A stretch of DNA of 64,000 bases. It comes from Parvibaculum sp. GTDB lineage: Bacteria > Pseudomonadota > Alphaproteobacteria > Parvibaculales > Parvibaculaceae. A program made the translations under genes and the position numbers. Of the stretch, positions 63,499-64,000 are shown in pieces. The stretch's first letter is position 1. The number at the start of each line of letters is the position of its first letter. The notes under the pieces are model-generated. The model worked only from the letters and a program-made list of their open reading frames with translations. It was not told where the DNA came from and did not search any database. The stretch lies in NCBI RefSeq assembly GCF_039680535.1, contig NZ_JBDKSS010000017.1:47650-111649 (forward strand). The letters run 5' to 3'.

Positions 63499-64000
63499 GG
63501 GAAGTCTGGCCGGAGTCGAGAATGTGAACCTGGTCGCCATCGGCCAAGGCGTCGGGCGGGCTATCGACGATGTTGTCGTTCGGGGACAAGCCGGAGGCGA
63601 TCTCGACCTTCGCACCGAAATCCCGCGCGATCTTGATCACCCTGAGCTTCACCCGCCCGTTGCTGTCTACGACGGCAACGGTCATGCCTTGCGGGCGGAA
63701 CATCAGAGCGCTTGCTGGAACGAGAACGGACGAGCCGGTATTCGGCAGCGAGAACGTCACCTGTGCATAGGCGCCGGGCTTCAGCATTCCATCGGAATTA
63801 TCGACCTCGAGCTGAACGAGCATCGAACCGGAGGTATCGTTCACGGATTCGGAGGTGTTGAGCAGCGTCGCGTGGAACGTGCGATCTGGATATTCCGGCA
63901 GAACGAGCGTTGCAGTAACTCCCGGCTTGATGTCCGCCGAGAAGTTCTGCGGCACATGCACATAGACGCGCATCTTCTTCGTATCCGCCACCGTGAAGAG
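63485..64000 (-). CDS. Efflux periplasmic adaptor (membrane-fusion protein), 5' partial at the window end
   Basis: The C-terminal beta-barrel/MP domain pattern (PGAYAQVTF...VLVPASAL...VKLRVIKIARDFG) is present. The frame is open to position 64000. Confidence 0.75.
   Translation of the reverse strand, partial: LFTVADTKKMRVYVHVPQNFSADIKPGVTATLVLPEYPDRTFHATLLNTSESVNDTSGSMLVQLEVDNSDGMLKPGAYAQVTFSLPNTGSSVLVPASALMFRPQGMTVAVVDSNGRVKLRVIKIARDFGAKVEIASGLSPNDNIVDSPPDALADGDQVHILDSGQTSHANS

Noticed and set aside
1-64000. CRISPR arrays, rRNA genes and large tandem repeats.
   Set aside because: Reading through the window, I saw no regularly spaced direct repeats, no rRNA-like conserved blocks and no multi-copy tandem units. 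The only repeats noted are the 21-mer pair and short hairpins.

Overview
This is a 64-kb, high-GC chromosomal window whose gene content and codon bias look alphaproteobacterial, Rhizobiales-like (inference). All homology calls below come from reading the translations and recognising motifs; I ran no searches. Most of the window is intact metabolic and envelope genes. From left to right these are: a CHASE2 adenylate cyclase (5' partial), a TetR-controlled P450 plus rubredoxin bicistron (the rubredoxin is below the ORF-track size cutoff), a GT4 / methyltransferase / QW-repeat protein / methyltransferase cluster, an arn-like L-Ara4N lipid-A modification locus with a split ArnA and no ArnB, corA, rhlE and greB, an atu/liu-like acyl-CoA carboxylase cluster, a LysR-flanked putative guanidino/ureido catabolic locus, and the end of an efflux operon. 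The only clearly accessory stretch is about 33.9-40.3 kb. It starts at a 3' fragment of tRNA-Lys(CUU) and carries wreckage of a type-1 BREX system: the C-terminus of pglZ still coupled by ATGA to the N-terminus of brxL, which is fused in frame to a transposase tail. It also holds an intact IS5/IS427-type element, a 21-bp perfect direct repeat and phage/ICE-like gene fragments. I cannot support an intact, previously undescribed system in this window. The best candidates for unexplored biology are the GT4-MT-QW-repeat-MT cluster, the 368-aa orphan / kinase / 149-aa module downstream of the P450 operon, an AT-rich lipoprotein islet with a G9 tract abutting its start codon, and the guanidino/ureido catabolic locus whose terminal amidase carries three frameshifts. 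Many very long ORFs in the track are antisense shadow ORFs of the high-GC genome and were rejected.
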